From: a virus
Direction: 5' to 3' (one strand)
IMG/VR virus record: IMGVR_UViG_3300017963_000011
Span: 1-64,000 of that record
Length of the DNA: 64,000 nt
Below, piece after piece: positions 48,792-57,591 of the stretch. The position numbers and the translations under genes were made by a program. A model generated the notes under the pieces. That model was not told the DNA's origin and ran no database searches. It saw only the letters and a list, made by a program, of their open reading frames with translations. The stretch's first letter is position 1. Each line of letters starts with the position of its first letter.

Positions 48792-49457
48792 ATGGCCGAG
48801 ACGCACATCAAATTCGTCAACGACACCGTTACTCTCGGCGTCATGATGACGCGCAGGGGCACTCCGGTCACTGGCGAAACCCCCACAGTCGAGATGCGCA
48901 GAATGAGCGATGGCCGTTATTGGGATTGGAACACGCTCGTCTGGAGCACATCACCGACTGGTACAAAAGAGGCAACCCTCGTTGAGAAAACCTGGCTTGG
49001 TGGTTTCTATACAAAGACTTGGGATCATGGAACTACCGATCCTGATGCTCAGGGTGAATACACAGCCATCTATCGCAACGTCGGCGCTCCCAATGATTTC
49101 ACCTCAATCGAGATCTTCTACTTCAGGTTTGACTGGAGCGAGGGAGCCGGTGTTATCGCTGATCAGGTTTGGGAAGAGGCCCTCGCTGACCATCTCGGTA
49201 CAGCCGGCAGTGCGGCCGAGCAGCTTGCCATCGTCCGTGGCATGTGTCAGCAGAACTACATTCTTGACAACACAGTCCACAACTCCCTCGGGCTTCTCCT
49301 TGAGGGACGTATTAGAATTTTCGACACCGCTGCAAACGTGCCTGCTACTGGCGGCGGTAGCGAAACAACCGGGCTCATCGCAACTTACAACATCGAAACA
49401 ACACCTGAGTCCGGTGATCAGGATCTCGTAGACACCTATAGGGTGGTGAAAGCATAG
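48792..49457 (+). CDS. Virion-associated hypothetical protein
   Basis: IADQVWEEAL.DH...GS segment. Confidence 0.65.
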   Translation: MAETHIKFVNDTVTLGVMMTRRGTPVTGETPTVEMRRMSDGRYWDWNTLVWSTSPTGTKEATLVEKTWLGGFYTKTWDHGTTDPDAQGEYTAIYRNVGAPNDFTSIEIFYFRFDWSEGAGVIADQVWEEALADHLGTAGSAAEQLAIVRGMCQQNYILDNTVHNSLGLLLEGRIRIFDTAANVPATGGGSETTGLIATYNIETTPESGDQDLVDTYRVVKA

Positions 49458-49714
49458 TGTCGATTTGCCTTGCAACAAAAGGCGTCATCTGCGGTAGGAA
49501 GGAAAGGTATCTTACCTACTTTGAGGAGCCGCTTAACCTTACCGTGGTCGAGGAAGAAACCGTCGACCTTGAGGTCGTTGCCGAGGAAGAGATCGATATT
49601 GCTATTACAGAAGAGGAAGAGATCGATCTTCAAGTTACAGAGGAAGAAACGATAGAGCTTACTATCGATGAAGAGGAAGAGATTATTCTAATCGTTACCT
49701 GCTATGAAGACTGA
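49457..49714 (+). CDS. Very acidic protein of 10 aa tandem repeats
   Basis: (EEE.I/V.L.V/I) about 6 times. Confidence 0.65.
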   Translation: MSICLATKGVICGRKERYLTYFEEPLNLTVVEEETVDLEVVAEEEIDIAITEEEEIDLQVTEEETIELTIDEEEEIILIVTCYED

Positions 49715-49740
49715 TGGTAGCGCTACAACGGGAGTAGATT

Positions 49741-50670
49741 ATGGCGAACAAGACCGCGCTAGTAGGAACGAACCGGGTCAATAGTTCTGGCGATCCAGCA
49801 GTTCAGAACTGGAACACGGGGGATACTCTCACTGACCCTGATGGCAATGTCATCCAGACAGGGGCTAATGCGCCATCTCCTTCTGACGCGACTCCTCAAC
49901 AGGTTGGCACTGGCACTGGTCAGCCTGGAACAAGCAACGACTACTCGCGAGCCGACCATGTTCACCAGACGAACGCGCAGCCCGGCACTGCTACTCCACA
50001 AGACGTGGGCTTGACAGGTGTTGTCGGGACAGCTACAGCTTATGCCCGCGAAGATCACGTTCACGGTGGCGCTGTCGTAGGCACTGCGGGCTATCTGGAA
50101 CAGGCAGCTACGGCAGCGGTGGCCACTTACACGGTGAACAACTACTCTGTCGGTGCTGATAACTTGCTCGTGTTCGTGAATGGCGCCTACGTGCCGAAGG
50201 ATCAGTATACCGAGGACAATCCAACGCAGATCACTTTCACAACCTATCCTGGTCTTCCTTTTGTTGGTAGCGAAAAGATTGTCACATTCGTACCCAAGGG
50301 TGGTCTGGGATTGACAAATCAGCTTTGGGAAAAACAAGTTGCTGGAGCAAGTCAAGCAGTCTTCAATCTGGCGGGTTCTTACGATGTCGGCACTCACAGT
50401 CTTCTCGTGTTTGTCGATGGGACTCTCAATCTCGTAGGCGCCAGCGAGGACTACCAAGAGACGGGTACGCAGCAAGTCACGTTCAACACTCCTCTTTCTG
50501 GTGGAGAAGAAGTCCTCTTTCTCGTTCCGCGAGGATCTACAACCGAGAACTCTGGAGCGTACAGCGCTGGAACCCCCGGCGACTGGAATGGTGCTCCGAC
50601 AACGATCGGCGATGCGCTTGATAGGCTCGCCGCAGAGCTTTCGAGACTCATCGGATATCCGATTCCGTAA
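49741..50670 (+). CDS. Tail fibre-type protein 1
   Basis: Shared N-terminal motif; SRADHVH/AREDHVH repeats; two LLVFV.G modules. Confidence 0.7.
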   Translation: MANKTALVGTNRVNSSGDPAVQNWNTGDTLTDPDGNVIQTGANAPSPSDATPQQVGTGTGQPGTSNDYSRADHVHQTNAQPGTATPQDVGLTGVVGTATAYAREDHVHGGAVVGTAGYLEQAATAAVATYTVNNYSVGADNLLVFVNGAYVPKDQYTEDNPTQITFTTYPGLPFVGSEKIVTFVPKGGLGLTNQLWEKQVAGASQAVFNLAGSYDVGTHSLLVFVDGTLNLVGASEDYQETGTQQVTFNTPLSGGEEVLFLVPRGSTTENSGAYSAGTPGDWNGAPTTIGDALDRLAAELSRLIGYPIP

Positions 50671-50679
50671 GGAGATGGC

Positions 50680-51444
50680 ATGGCAAACGTAATAGCGATG
50701 ACTGGCAAGCCAAGCATCAACGCATCCAACGACCCTGAGCTTCGTAACTGGAACACAGGGGATACGCTGGTCACTCCTGATGGAAACGTGATCATGGTCG
50801 GTACTCCATCGAGCGCCGAATTGGCAATTCCAGATGGGGATGCCACGCCAGATATCAGTGGTGGCGAGAACTTCAAGACTGTGAATACAGTTTTGACGAC
50901 GATCACGAACTTCATCAATGGTGTCGCCGGAACCAGAATTCGCGTTAGAATCACAGACACAAATACCATCATCTCCGGTACGCTCACAAAGACGGGACGG
51001 ACGATCGTATGTCTCGTCGGCGACGTCTTTGAGTGGGTTTATGATGGTGCTAGTTGGATTCAGGTCGGTGGCAATGTAGGCATGGGTGCCTACATTCGGT
51101 ATCAGACTCCTATTGATGTTACTGCCGGCACCTGGATTGGCAATACTGTTATCGTTTACACAACGATTCCAATGGCTTCTTGGCTTCCTCGTCTTGGAGT
51201 GGATATGGTGCATGTGTCTTGCAAGGTGAATGCGTCGGCCGGCACACCTACTCTTTTAGCGAGAGCCGTTGGCGATACGGATAATACCCTGGCCCGCGTT
51301 GTAGCCAATTACACTACGGGTTTCTTTGGAGGCGAAGACTTCTTTGTCAAGCTGAATGATGCTGGCAATTTCGAGGCTAGATGGTGGACGGCTTTCACAC
51401 CGGCTGGCTGGAACAACCTATATCTTGAAGGCATCACACTCTAG
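50680..51444 (+). CDS. Tail fibre-type protein 2
   Basis: Shared N-terminal NWNTGDTL.TPDGNVI. Confidence 0.7.
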   Translation: MANVIAMTGKPSINASNDPELRNWNTGDTLVTPDGNVIMVGTPSSAELAIPDGDATPDISGGENFKTVNTVLTTITNFINGVAGTRIRVRITDTNTIISGTLTKTGRTIVCLVGDVFEWVYDGASWIQVGGNVGMGAYIRYQTPIDVTAGTWIGNTVIVYTTIPMASWLPRLGVDMVHVSCKVNASAGTPTLLARAVGDTDNTLARVVANYTTGFFGGEDFFVKLNDAGNFEARWWTAFTPAGWNNLYLEGITL

Positions 51445-51453
51445 GAGGACGAC

Positions 51454-52047
51454 ATGGCAAATATTCCTGCGCTTGCGGGCTATCAAACAGCTAACGGAGA
51501 AGCTGCTCCTGCCAAGTTCGGCGGCAGTGATGTCCTTACAGATCCTAACGGGAATGTCCTCCTGACCGCTGTCGGTGGTGCTGGTTCTATCGTGCCATTC
51601 GATACTCCAGTCATTGTCATGGCATATAACAACACGCTCTATAGTGGAGCTACAACTGGCTCTCCATGGAACTACTCTAGCCAACACGCATTCAATGGTG
51701 TGATCGATCTTAGTGGCTTGACACCGGCAATTCCTTCTGGCGCTAAAGCTGTGATTCTGGTAACACTGGCCAATCTGTACAATACAGTGGGGGGTGCAGC
51801 GCGAGTCATTAACATGTACGCTGCCAAGCTGCATGCTTCTCTCCCAACCGCAGCGCAATACGTCATGAGTAGCGCATACCATGTCGGTGGCGTTGCCGCT
51901 GGTGCTGAAGGAGTAGAATACGATGCCAATCCGGGTTACGGTATTGTGAATTTCAATGGTGACAGGACCGTGGCTATAGCCGCCTATTCTAACAACAGTC
52001 CAAACAATGCGTACTGGTACTGGAACGTAGCCGGGTACACGATCTAG
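51454..52047 (+). CDS. Tail fibre-type protein 3
   Basis: Shared N-terminal DVLTDPNGNVL; IDLS...IPSGAKAVIL. Confidence 0.7.
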   Translation: MANIPALAGYQTANGEAAPAKFGGSDVLTDPNGNVLLTAVGGAGSIVPFDTPVIVMAYNNTLYSGATTGSPWNYSSQHAFNGVIDLSGLTPAIPSGAKAVILVTLANLYNTVGGAARVINMYAAKLHASLPTAAQYVMSSAYHVGGVAAGAEGVEYDANPGYGIVNFNGDRTVAIAAYSNNSPNNAYWYWNVAGYTI

Positions 52048-52049
52048 GA

Positions 52050-52580
52050 GTGAACATGCTACCAGTTTTCAAATTGATTTATGATGAGTCAACATATGAA
52101 ATCGTCGACTCGGTGCCGGCGCAACCCGACAATCCTCCGTCAACTCTTGTCGACAAACCCGATGGCTTTACCTGGGACGAGCGCACTCTCTGGAAATACG
52201 ACCCTACAGAAGAAGAAGTCGTCCAGAAAACCGGCCAGGAGTATGACGATGCTCTCGCGTTAATCAAAGCGAAGATCGCCTCTGATCTCGCCTTGGAGTA
52301 TACCCGCAAGAACCTCGAAGACATTTTCACGGTCATGGGCTCGATGGAGGCTATGCTCGACTGCACAAATCAGATCGTGCAGAAAGTCATGAATGAGGAT
52401 ACGATCACACAGGCTGAGAAGGACGCCTTCAATCTTCTCGTAAATACTTGTTCGTCCAAGTTCAAGCTAACGCTGACCAACGTTACACAAGCCATCGCCG
52501 ATGGTATGAAGGCGAAGAAAGAAAAGGCCCGTGATACCGAGACAGACATGAAGAACGATCCTAGGTGGCCGTATTCATAG
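52050..52580 (+). CDS. Putative fibre assembly chaperone
   Basis: Follows the fibre genes; WKYD...VVQKT then helical C-terminus. Confidence 0.5.
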   Translation: MNMLPVFKLIYDESTYEIVDSVPAQPDNPPSTLVDKPDGFTWDERTLWKYDPTEEEVVQKTGQEYDDALALIKAKIASDLALEYTRKNLEDIFTVMGSMEAMLDCTNQIVQKVMNEDTITQAEKDAFNLLVNTCSSKFKLTLTNVTQAIADGMKAKKEKARDTETDMKNDPRWPYS

Positions 52581-52609
52581 AGTGTAGCGCTACAACGAGG
52601 GGGTATTAA

Positions 52610-53599
52610 ATGGGAAGGGATGGGGCAGTGGCCGATCAGATTAGAATTCTGGTCGTCGATAATGACGAAACATCTATCCAGTCTCTTCGAGACATGCTTG
52701 GTGAATATGATTTCGAGGTCGAGGACGTTCGGGATTCTCGCAAAGTCCTAGATCATCTTCGACAAACCAATGACTATTCTCTTCTCATTCTTGACATCAA
52801 CATGCCTCACAAGGATGGCGTGACGCTGGCGTCTCAGGTCAGAAATACTCTTCACTACGACACGCCTATCTTGTTCGTATCGGCTGATATCAGCAAGACC
52901 AACCTATCGCGCATTCGTAGAATGAGTCTCGGTGGCCACACCGTAGAGTTTCTGAAGAAGGGTAGCTTCAATTCAGAGATCCTCTTCAACGTAGCTATGG
53001 CCTTGATCAAGGAACGCATCTCCACAAACAACGTTTCTGAGATCAAAGGACGCGTTTCCAAGATGCAGAAATCCCAGGATGAGATCAAAGAAACAATATC
53101 TGATTTCATCCTGAAGCTGGAAGACAAGCCACTCGTGTCCATTGATCATTGCAAGGCTCAATCCGAGGAACTTGTGAAGTCCCTTCGCAAGGAGGTCATT
53201 GGCATCACCCTCGGGGAAGCTAGTAAGAAACTAGATGAGGCACTGAAGCCTGAGCCTCTCGCTGTGAGGATTGGCGCCGCGCTCACGGAGAAGCCCCAAG
53301 CTATCGAGCCTGCTCTTGAACCAAATCTCATGTTTGCAAAGACACGCCAAGCCGCCGCATGGAAGATGGCCGTCTATTTCTTGCTCGTTATCTTTGCTGG
53401 GCTCTGCATTTTCTGGGGAAACATGTGGACCAAAGCTGATCATGCCGACGATGGGGTTCGTAAGCTAGAGATCCAGCAAAAGCAAGTTATCGATACGATG
53501 CAACAACAAACGACTGCGATGAAATCTCATTTCAGGCGTCTTCAGAAAATGTTCAAGTCCAACCCAAGCATGTGGGTTACAACCAAAACGCACCCGTAA
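52610..53599 (+). CDS. Response-regulator receiver domain, coiled coil and single TM, in the lysis cassette
   Basis: RILVVDND, LLILDINMP, DG, PILFVSA, EFLKK; TM MAVYFLLVIFAGLCIFWG. Confidence 0.85.
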   Translation: MGRDGAVADQIRILVVDNDETSIQSLRDMLGEYDFEVEDVRDSRKVLDHLRQTNDYSLLILDINMPHKDGVTLASQVRNTLHYDTPILFVSADISKTNLSRIRRMSLGGHTVEFLKKGSFNSEILFNVAMALIKERISTNNVSEIKGRVSKMQKSQDEIKETISDFILKLEDKPLVSIDHCKAQSEELVKSLRKEVIGITLGEASKKLDEALKPEPLAVRIGAALTEKPQAIEPALEPNLMFAKTRQAAAWKMAVYFLLVIFAGLCIFWGNMWTKADHADDGVRKLEIQQKQVIDTMQQQTTAMKSHFRRLQKMFKSNPSMWVTTKTHP

Positions 53600-53608
53600 G
53601 GAGGTAGC

Positions 53609-54103
53609 ATGGCACTGGTGACGAAGAACGATATCAGGAGTACGGAGACCCATTCATACGCATTGAAAGGGCTCGGTGAAATCCGATACGTCGATCTCCC
53701 CCGTGGCTACATCAAGATCATCAACGACTTCCCACAGAAGTGCCTCATCAGAGAGACCTTTCCCATCATCGGCACGAAGTACGTCCACAAGGTGATGGCT
53801 CCAATGCTGATGAAGGTGATGGAGTTCATCCGCCACAAGGTCGAGTACGATGCGGAATGGGAGTACATCCTTCACGGGAGCATCTTCAATCCGAGGCACA
53901 TGTGGTATCACAAGAACAAGCCGATCTCGATGCATGCTTTCGCGGCTGCGGTCGACATCAATCCATGGGAGAACCAGCCCGGAACGCCCGGCACCATCCC
54001 CCAACATATCATCCACCTGTTCGAGTCCAATGGTTTCAAGTGGCTCGGGCACATGGATCGACCCGACCCGATGCACTTCGAGGTGGACATCGATAAGCTC
54101 TAA
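53609..54103 (+). CDS. Endolysin, peptidase M15 family
   Basis: FNPR...SMHAFAAAVDINP...F...GF.W.G...DPMHFE. Confidence 0.9.
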   Translation: MALVTKNDIRSTETHSYALKGLGEIRYVDLPRGYIKIINDFPQKCLIRETFPIIGTKYVHKVMAPMLMKVMEFIRHKVEYDAEWEYILHGSIFNPRHMWYHKNKPISMHAFAAAVDINPWENQPGTPGTIPQHIIHLFESNGFKWLGHMDRPDPMHFEVDIDKL

Positions 54104-54125
54104 ATCAAAAGTTCCAACATTTATC

Positions 54126-54154
54126 TTGCAACATCCTCCGGGGTGTTGTATCTT
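54126..54154 (+). promoter_or_regulatory. Sigma70-like promoter overlapping a hairpin upstream of the holin
   Basis: TTGCAA-17 bp-TATCTT; CAACATCC..GGGTGTTG inverted repeat. Confidence 0.45.
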
Positions 54155-54176
54155 TTACGGCAGAAAGGGGGTGAGC

Positions 54177-54563
54177 ATGGCAGAGGAGAAAAAGTACAGT
54201 CCGTGGGAGAGCGTGATCTGGCATTTTCGTTCTCGGAAATCCAGGCTTGCCATGGCAGCGGTGATCGCGATAATCCTTGCCAACAGTAAGTGGGTTCAGA
54301 GCAAACTCAGCCTCGATCCCTCCACCATCCCGGCACTGTCCCAGAACATCGTGATCTGTCTCGGCATCATCATCGCTGCCGTCTCAGGAGAGAAGATCAT
54401 GATGAACGGTAACGGAAATGGGAAGACGCCCGATCCCAAAGAGGGAGTCACACTCAGCGTGGAATCCGTTGTCGACTTGAAGCTCAAGGAGAAGTTACAC
54501 GAGGAACTCGAAAAGGGCCTCGACAAACTGACTGACAAGATCAAGGAGAAACTCAACAAATGA
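54177..54563 (+). CDS. Putative holin (2 TM)
   Basis: Start re-called at MAEEKK; SRK followed by two hydrophobic segments and a charged C-terminus; next to endolysin. Confidence 0.6.
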   Translation: MAEEKKYSPWESVIWHFRSRKSRLAMAAVIAIILANSKWVQSKLSLDPSTIPALSQNIVICLGIIIAAVSGEKIMMNGNGNGKTPDPKEGVTLSVESVVDLKLKEKLHEELEKGLDKLTDKIKEKLNK

Positions 54564-54943
54564 TGACCCTGAAGGCCGCAGAAAAGAAGGGCTACGTTCC
54601 GACCAAGATCCAGATCGAGGTGCTCATGCACCCCGAGACAGGCAACATCCTCTATCCCTGCGACGGCTGCGTGACCAAGGCGTATGACACCTACGCCATC
54701 ATCTCCGACCCCCTCTACAACGACGACGGCAAGAAGGAAGACAAGGTGGTCAACCTCGTCTGCAAGAAGCACAAGAAGCGCTACCAGAAACCCTCGGCTC
54801 CGACGTTCGAGGGCATGGTTCGCCTCAACCTTCAGATGCTCGTCGGCAAGAAGTGGGAGAAGATCTCCCAGGCCATGGTCAAGCGCATGCGCAAAAGCCA
54901 GGGCTGGTTCGACTGGCTCTACCCGGAGGACGACGACGAATGA
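54560..54943 (+). CDS. Hypothetical protein with C/H motif
   Basis: ATGA-coupled; CDGC...CKKH. Confidence 0.65.
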   Translation: MMTLKAAEKKGYVPTKIQIEVLMHPETGNILYPCDGCVTKAYDTYAIISDPLYNDDGKKEDKVVNLVCKKHKKRYQKPSAPTFEGMVRLNLQMLVGKKWEKISQAMVKRMRKSQGWFDWLYPEDDDE

Positions 54944-54978
54944 CTGGCCAGATTTGAGATCAAGGTCAGGTTCTAGGA

Positions 54979-55008
54979 AGCCGGGGCGCAAGGCCCCGGC
55001 TCTTTCTT
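54979..55008 (+). terminator. Intrinsic terminator at the convergence of late and replication blocks
   Basis: AGCCGGGGC-GCAAG-GCCCCGGCT followed by CTTTCTT. Confidence 0.75.
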
Positions 55009-55615
55009 ATCCCATCTTCTTTTGGATTTCTGCGATCTCAGCCGCGACTTGTTGGTCGCTCTTAGCAGCTTTGGCCTTGAAGATCTCAGATGGGCTCATC
55101 GGTTCGCCACACTCGCCTACGACTACGCACTTGGCGTAGTACATCTTAGCCTGCTTCGAGATGTGTTCGAGGTTGGTCTCATACATGTCCTGGATCTTCT
55201 TCCAACCATCGTAATCCATACCGAGAATGTGGCAGTATTCTAGCATGGGTATGTGCTCTTGTGTGAGCTTGTTCATCGCTTTGACGAAGTTGCCCAGGAC
55301 TTCTATGAAACGCATGATCGACTTGACGGTGAAACGCTCGGCGGCCAGTGTAATCTTGGCGTCATCCGTGATGCGCAGATTGCACTTGACGCACTTGAGC
55401 TTGCCCTTCTTGATCTGTTCATCGGTGTATGTTCTAGGCTTGTAGCCACGGTGGTAGATCAATGCTCCCACGAGCAGACGCCCTTTCTCGGGCTTCTTGG
55501 CGTAGCAGAAGGCTTCCTCTTTACATTGGCTGCATTCGGCATAGAACTTCATGCGTTTCATCATCTGTTCTGCAATTTGTTGGACTTGGGGACCGAGGTT
55601 GGGAGGAATTGCCAT
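55007..55615 (-). CDS. Hypothetical Zn-finger protein
   Basis: CSQC, CVKC; ATG follows palindrome. Confidence 0.7.
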   Translation of the reverse strand: MAIPPNLGPQVQQIAEQMMKRMKFYAECSQCKEEAFCYAKKPEKGRLLVGALIYHRGYKPRTYTDEQIKKGKLKCVKCNLRITDDAKITLAAERFTVKSIMRFIEVLGNFVKAMNKLTQEHIPMLEYCHILGMDYDGWKKIQDMYETNLEHISKQAKMYYAKCVVVGECGEPMSPSEIFKAKAAKSDQQVAAEIAEIQKKMG

Positions 55616-55622
55616 GGTAGCG

Positions 55623-56633
55623 CTACCACTCTTTCAGTAGTGAGTCCCAATCACTTGAGGCTCGTCTCTTGTTTACGATATGGACGGAATTCTTGACACA
55701 GCGCAAGAATTCTTGCGCTGTTTTCAGATCATCGGCATCTTTGCCATCCGGGAAGATTATTCTTGTGATACTCTCGACTTCCCCCGAGAGTTCTTTGATC
55801 ATATCCGCAGCACCATCGTTACCTGCCTCGTCGTTATCGAGGGCTATGAAGACGCTGCTCCAGTTCTCTAGGATAAGAGCAAGGTGGTCGTCCGACGCCA
55901 CTGCTCCGAAAATGGCAATGGCCGACTTGAAACCGAATACCGAAAGACGGATGACATCGAGAGGGCCTTCGCAGACAATAACGTATGGAGATCCTTTTGC
56001 GCGGTCGAAGTTGTATAGGATGCGGTTGCGGGGCAGACCCGGCTGGTGATCCCACTTGCCCAGATACGCTTCCTTTCGTATGTCTCGGGCTGTAAAGCCT
56101 CTAAGCTCTCCATCAAAGTGAACAGGAAAGAAAACGTAATCCGGCCGAGTTCGATCGTAGGAGACGCCAAAGGGACGAAGATCTTTGTTTCGATAACGTC
56201 GAGTTTTGGGCCACGGATGATTCCTCGGCATGGGCTCCAGTGTTCGCGGCCACTCGAAAACGGGAAGGGGTCCATCATCATCCTCTTCTGATACGTCAGG
56301 AATGTTCTTGATAATCTGAGCCCACGAGAGTTGCTCTTTTTGGAAATTGGCTAGGATCTCCAGAGCATGTTCTCGTGAACAGTCAATGCCAGTGAGCTTC
56401 TTCTCCATCAACTGAATGAACCGTATGAATTTGCCACCACCGCACTTCGGCTTGCCTCTCTCTTTAGCAAAACATTTCCATTTGCCATTGTGGCGATTGA
56501 TCGAGAAGTTGAGGGGCGTCTTGCCACTACTCTCATGGAGGGGACACTTGCAGTAGATGTTCTTGTTTGACGTGTTGTCCTTGAGGACGTCAACGAAGTA
56601 ATGATCGAGGATCTCACGTACAGGCTGGCTCAT
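55623..56633 (-). CDS. DNA primase (CHC2 Zn finger plus TOPRIM)
   Basis: CPLH...WKCF..CG; VCEGPLD; LDNDEAG; GKDADD. Confidence 0.93.
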   Translation of the reverse strand: MSQPVREILDHYFVDVLKDNTSNKNIYCKCPLHESSGKTPLNFSINRHNGKWKCFAKERGKPKCGGGKFIRFIQLMEKKLTGIDCSREHALEILANFQKEQLSWAQIIKNIPDVSEEDDDGPLPVFEWPRTLEPMPRNHPWPKTRRYRNKDLRPFGVSYDRTRPDYVFFPVHFDGELRGFTARDIRKEAYLGKWDHQPGLPRNRILYNFDRAKGSPYVIVCEGPLDVIRLSVFGFKSAIAIFGAVASDDHLALILENWSSVFIALDNDEAGNDGAADMIKELSGEVESITRIIFPDGKDADDLKTAQEFLRCVKNSVHIVNKRRASSDWDSLLKEW

Positions 56634-57253
56634 CTCCAGTCCTTCCTCAGATCGGATTTCTTTATTTCATTCGGCTTCTTGAACTTGCGCTTCAAGCCAC
56701 GGCGCACAAGAGCCGGATAGATGTTCCAGTAGATGCCTGGACGCTCCTCTGCTTGTATTAGCTGGGCGTATGTGGCATCGCTTGTCATGATCTCGTCCAG
56801 TTTAGCACAGAAGTCTTTCCCACTGTACTCGTAAAGCCTGGCAATCTCTGTACGCTTCCAGGGGCGGCACACTAGATCGAATGCAGTGCCAAATACGAGG
56901 AAGACGTCCTGGCAGCAGTAGGGCTTCAGTAGCGTGGCTTTCCATCTGGAGATCTTCCACCCGCTCGGTGGTAGTTGCCCTATACGCTTGCAAGCCCTGT
57001 TGATCACGTCGTTCTTGCCGCGTAAGCCAGAGCCAAGTTCTTCGCGCAGGGAGATGTACAGATCGTAAGACAAGAGTTGTGGCAAGCTCAGGTAGATCCT
57101 GGCAGTTGTATGATGGTCACGTCTGAACTCCCGGCCAAGGTTTACCCACTCAAGGCCGGGCATCTTGCGTATCGTCTCGCCAACGTTCTTAGACCAGAGT
57201 GCTTGATCGTGCCAGAAGAACGCGACGAGATGTCTTGAAAAATAATGGATCAC
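56630..57253 (-). CDS. Hypothetical protein
   Basis: Overlap-coupled ORF. Confidence 0.65.
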   Translation of the reverse strand: MIHYFSRHLVAFFWHDQALWSKNVGETIRKMPGLEWVNLGREFRRDHHTTARIYLSLPQLLSYDLYISLREELGSGLRGKNDVINRACKRIGQLPPSGWKISRWKATLLKPYCCQDVFLVFGTAFDLVCRPWKRTEIARLYEYSGKDFCAKLDEIMTSDATYAQLIQAEERPGIYWNIYPALVRRGLKRKFKKPNEIKKSDLRKDWR

Positions 57254-57591
57254 ATCTCGCCGTTCAGACGTCTAATGAAGTGTGGGTTAACCTCACAAGA
57301 GATGAAGGTCTTCTTGCCCTTCATGCCCGCGAAGAGGCCAGTCTTGGTCCCTTGGCGGGCTCTCTTTTTGAGCCTGATAGTGCAGAAACCACGGAACCAC
57401 ATGTAGCCCTTGTTGCCAACACACTTGGACATCGCCCGGATGATGGCCGAAGCGATCAGTCTGTGATTGAGCGTACTGATTGAGATGTCCTTGATGATCC
57501 CCTTCCGGCTCAGTGTTCGTAGGATCTCGGCGTAATCCTCGACACCGAAGAAGTTCTTACTCGTTCCCGTTATTCTCTTGAACCCTGGCAC
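57250..57591 (-). CDS. HU/IHF-like DNA-bending protein
   Basis: Helical N-terminus, then WFRGFCTIRLKKRARQG resembling the GFGTF..R.AR.G arm. Confidence 0.7.
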   Translation of the reverse strand: MPGFKRITGTSKNFFGVEDYAEILRTLSRKGIIKDISISTLNHRLIASAIIRAMSKCVGNKGYMWFRGFCTIRLKKRARQGTKTGLFAGMKGKKTFISCEVNPHFIRRLNGEM

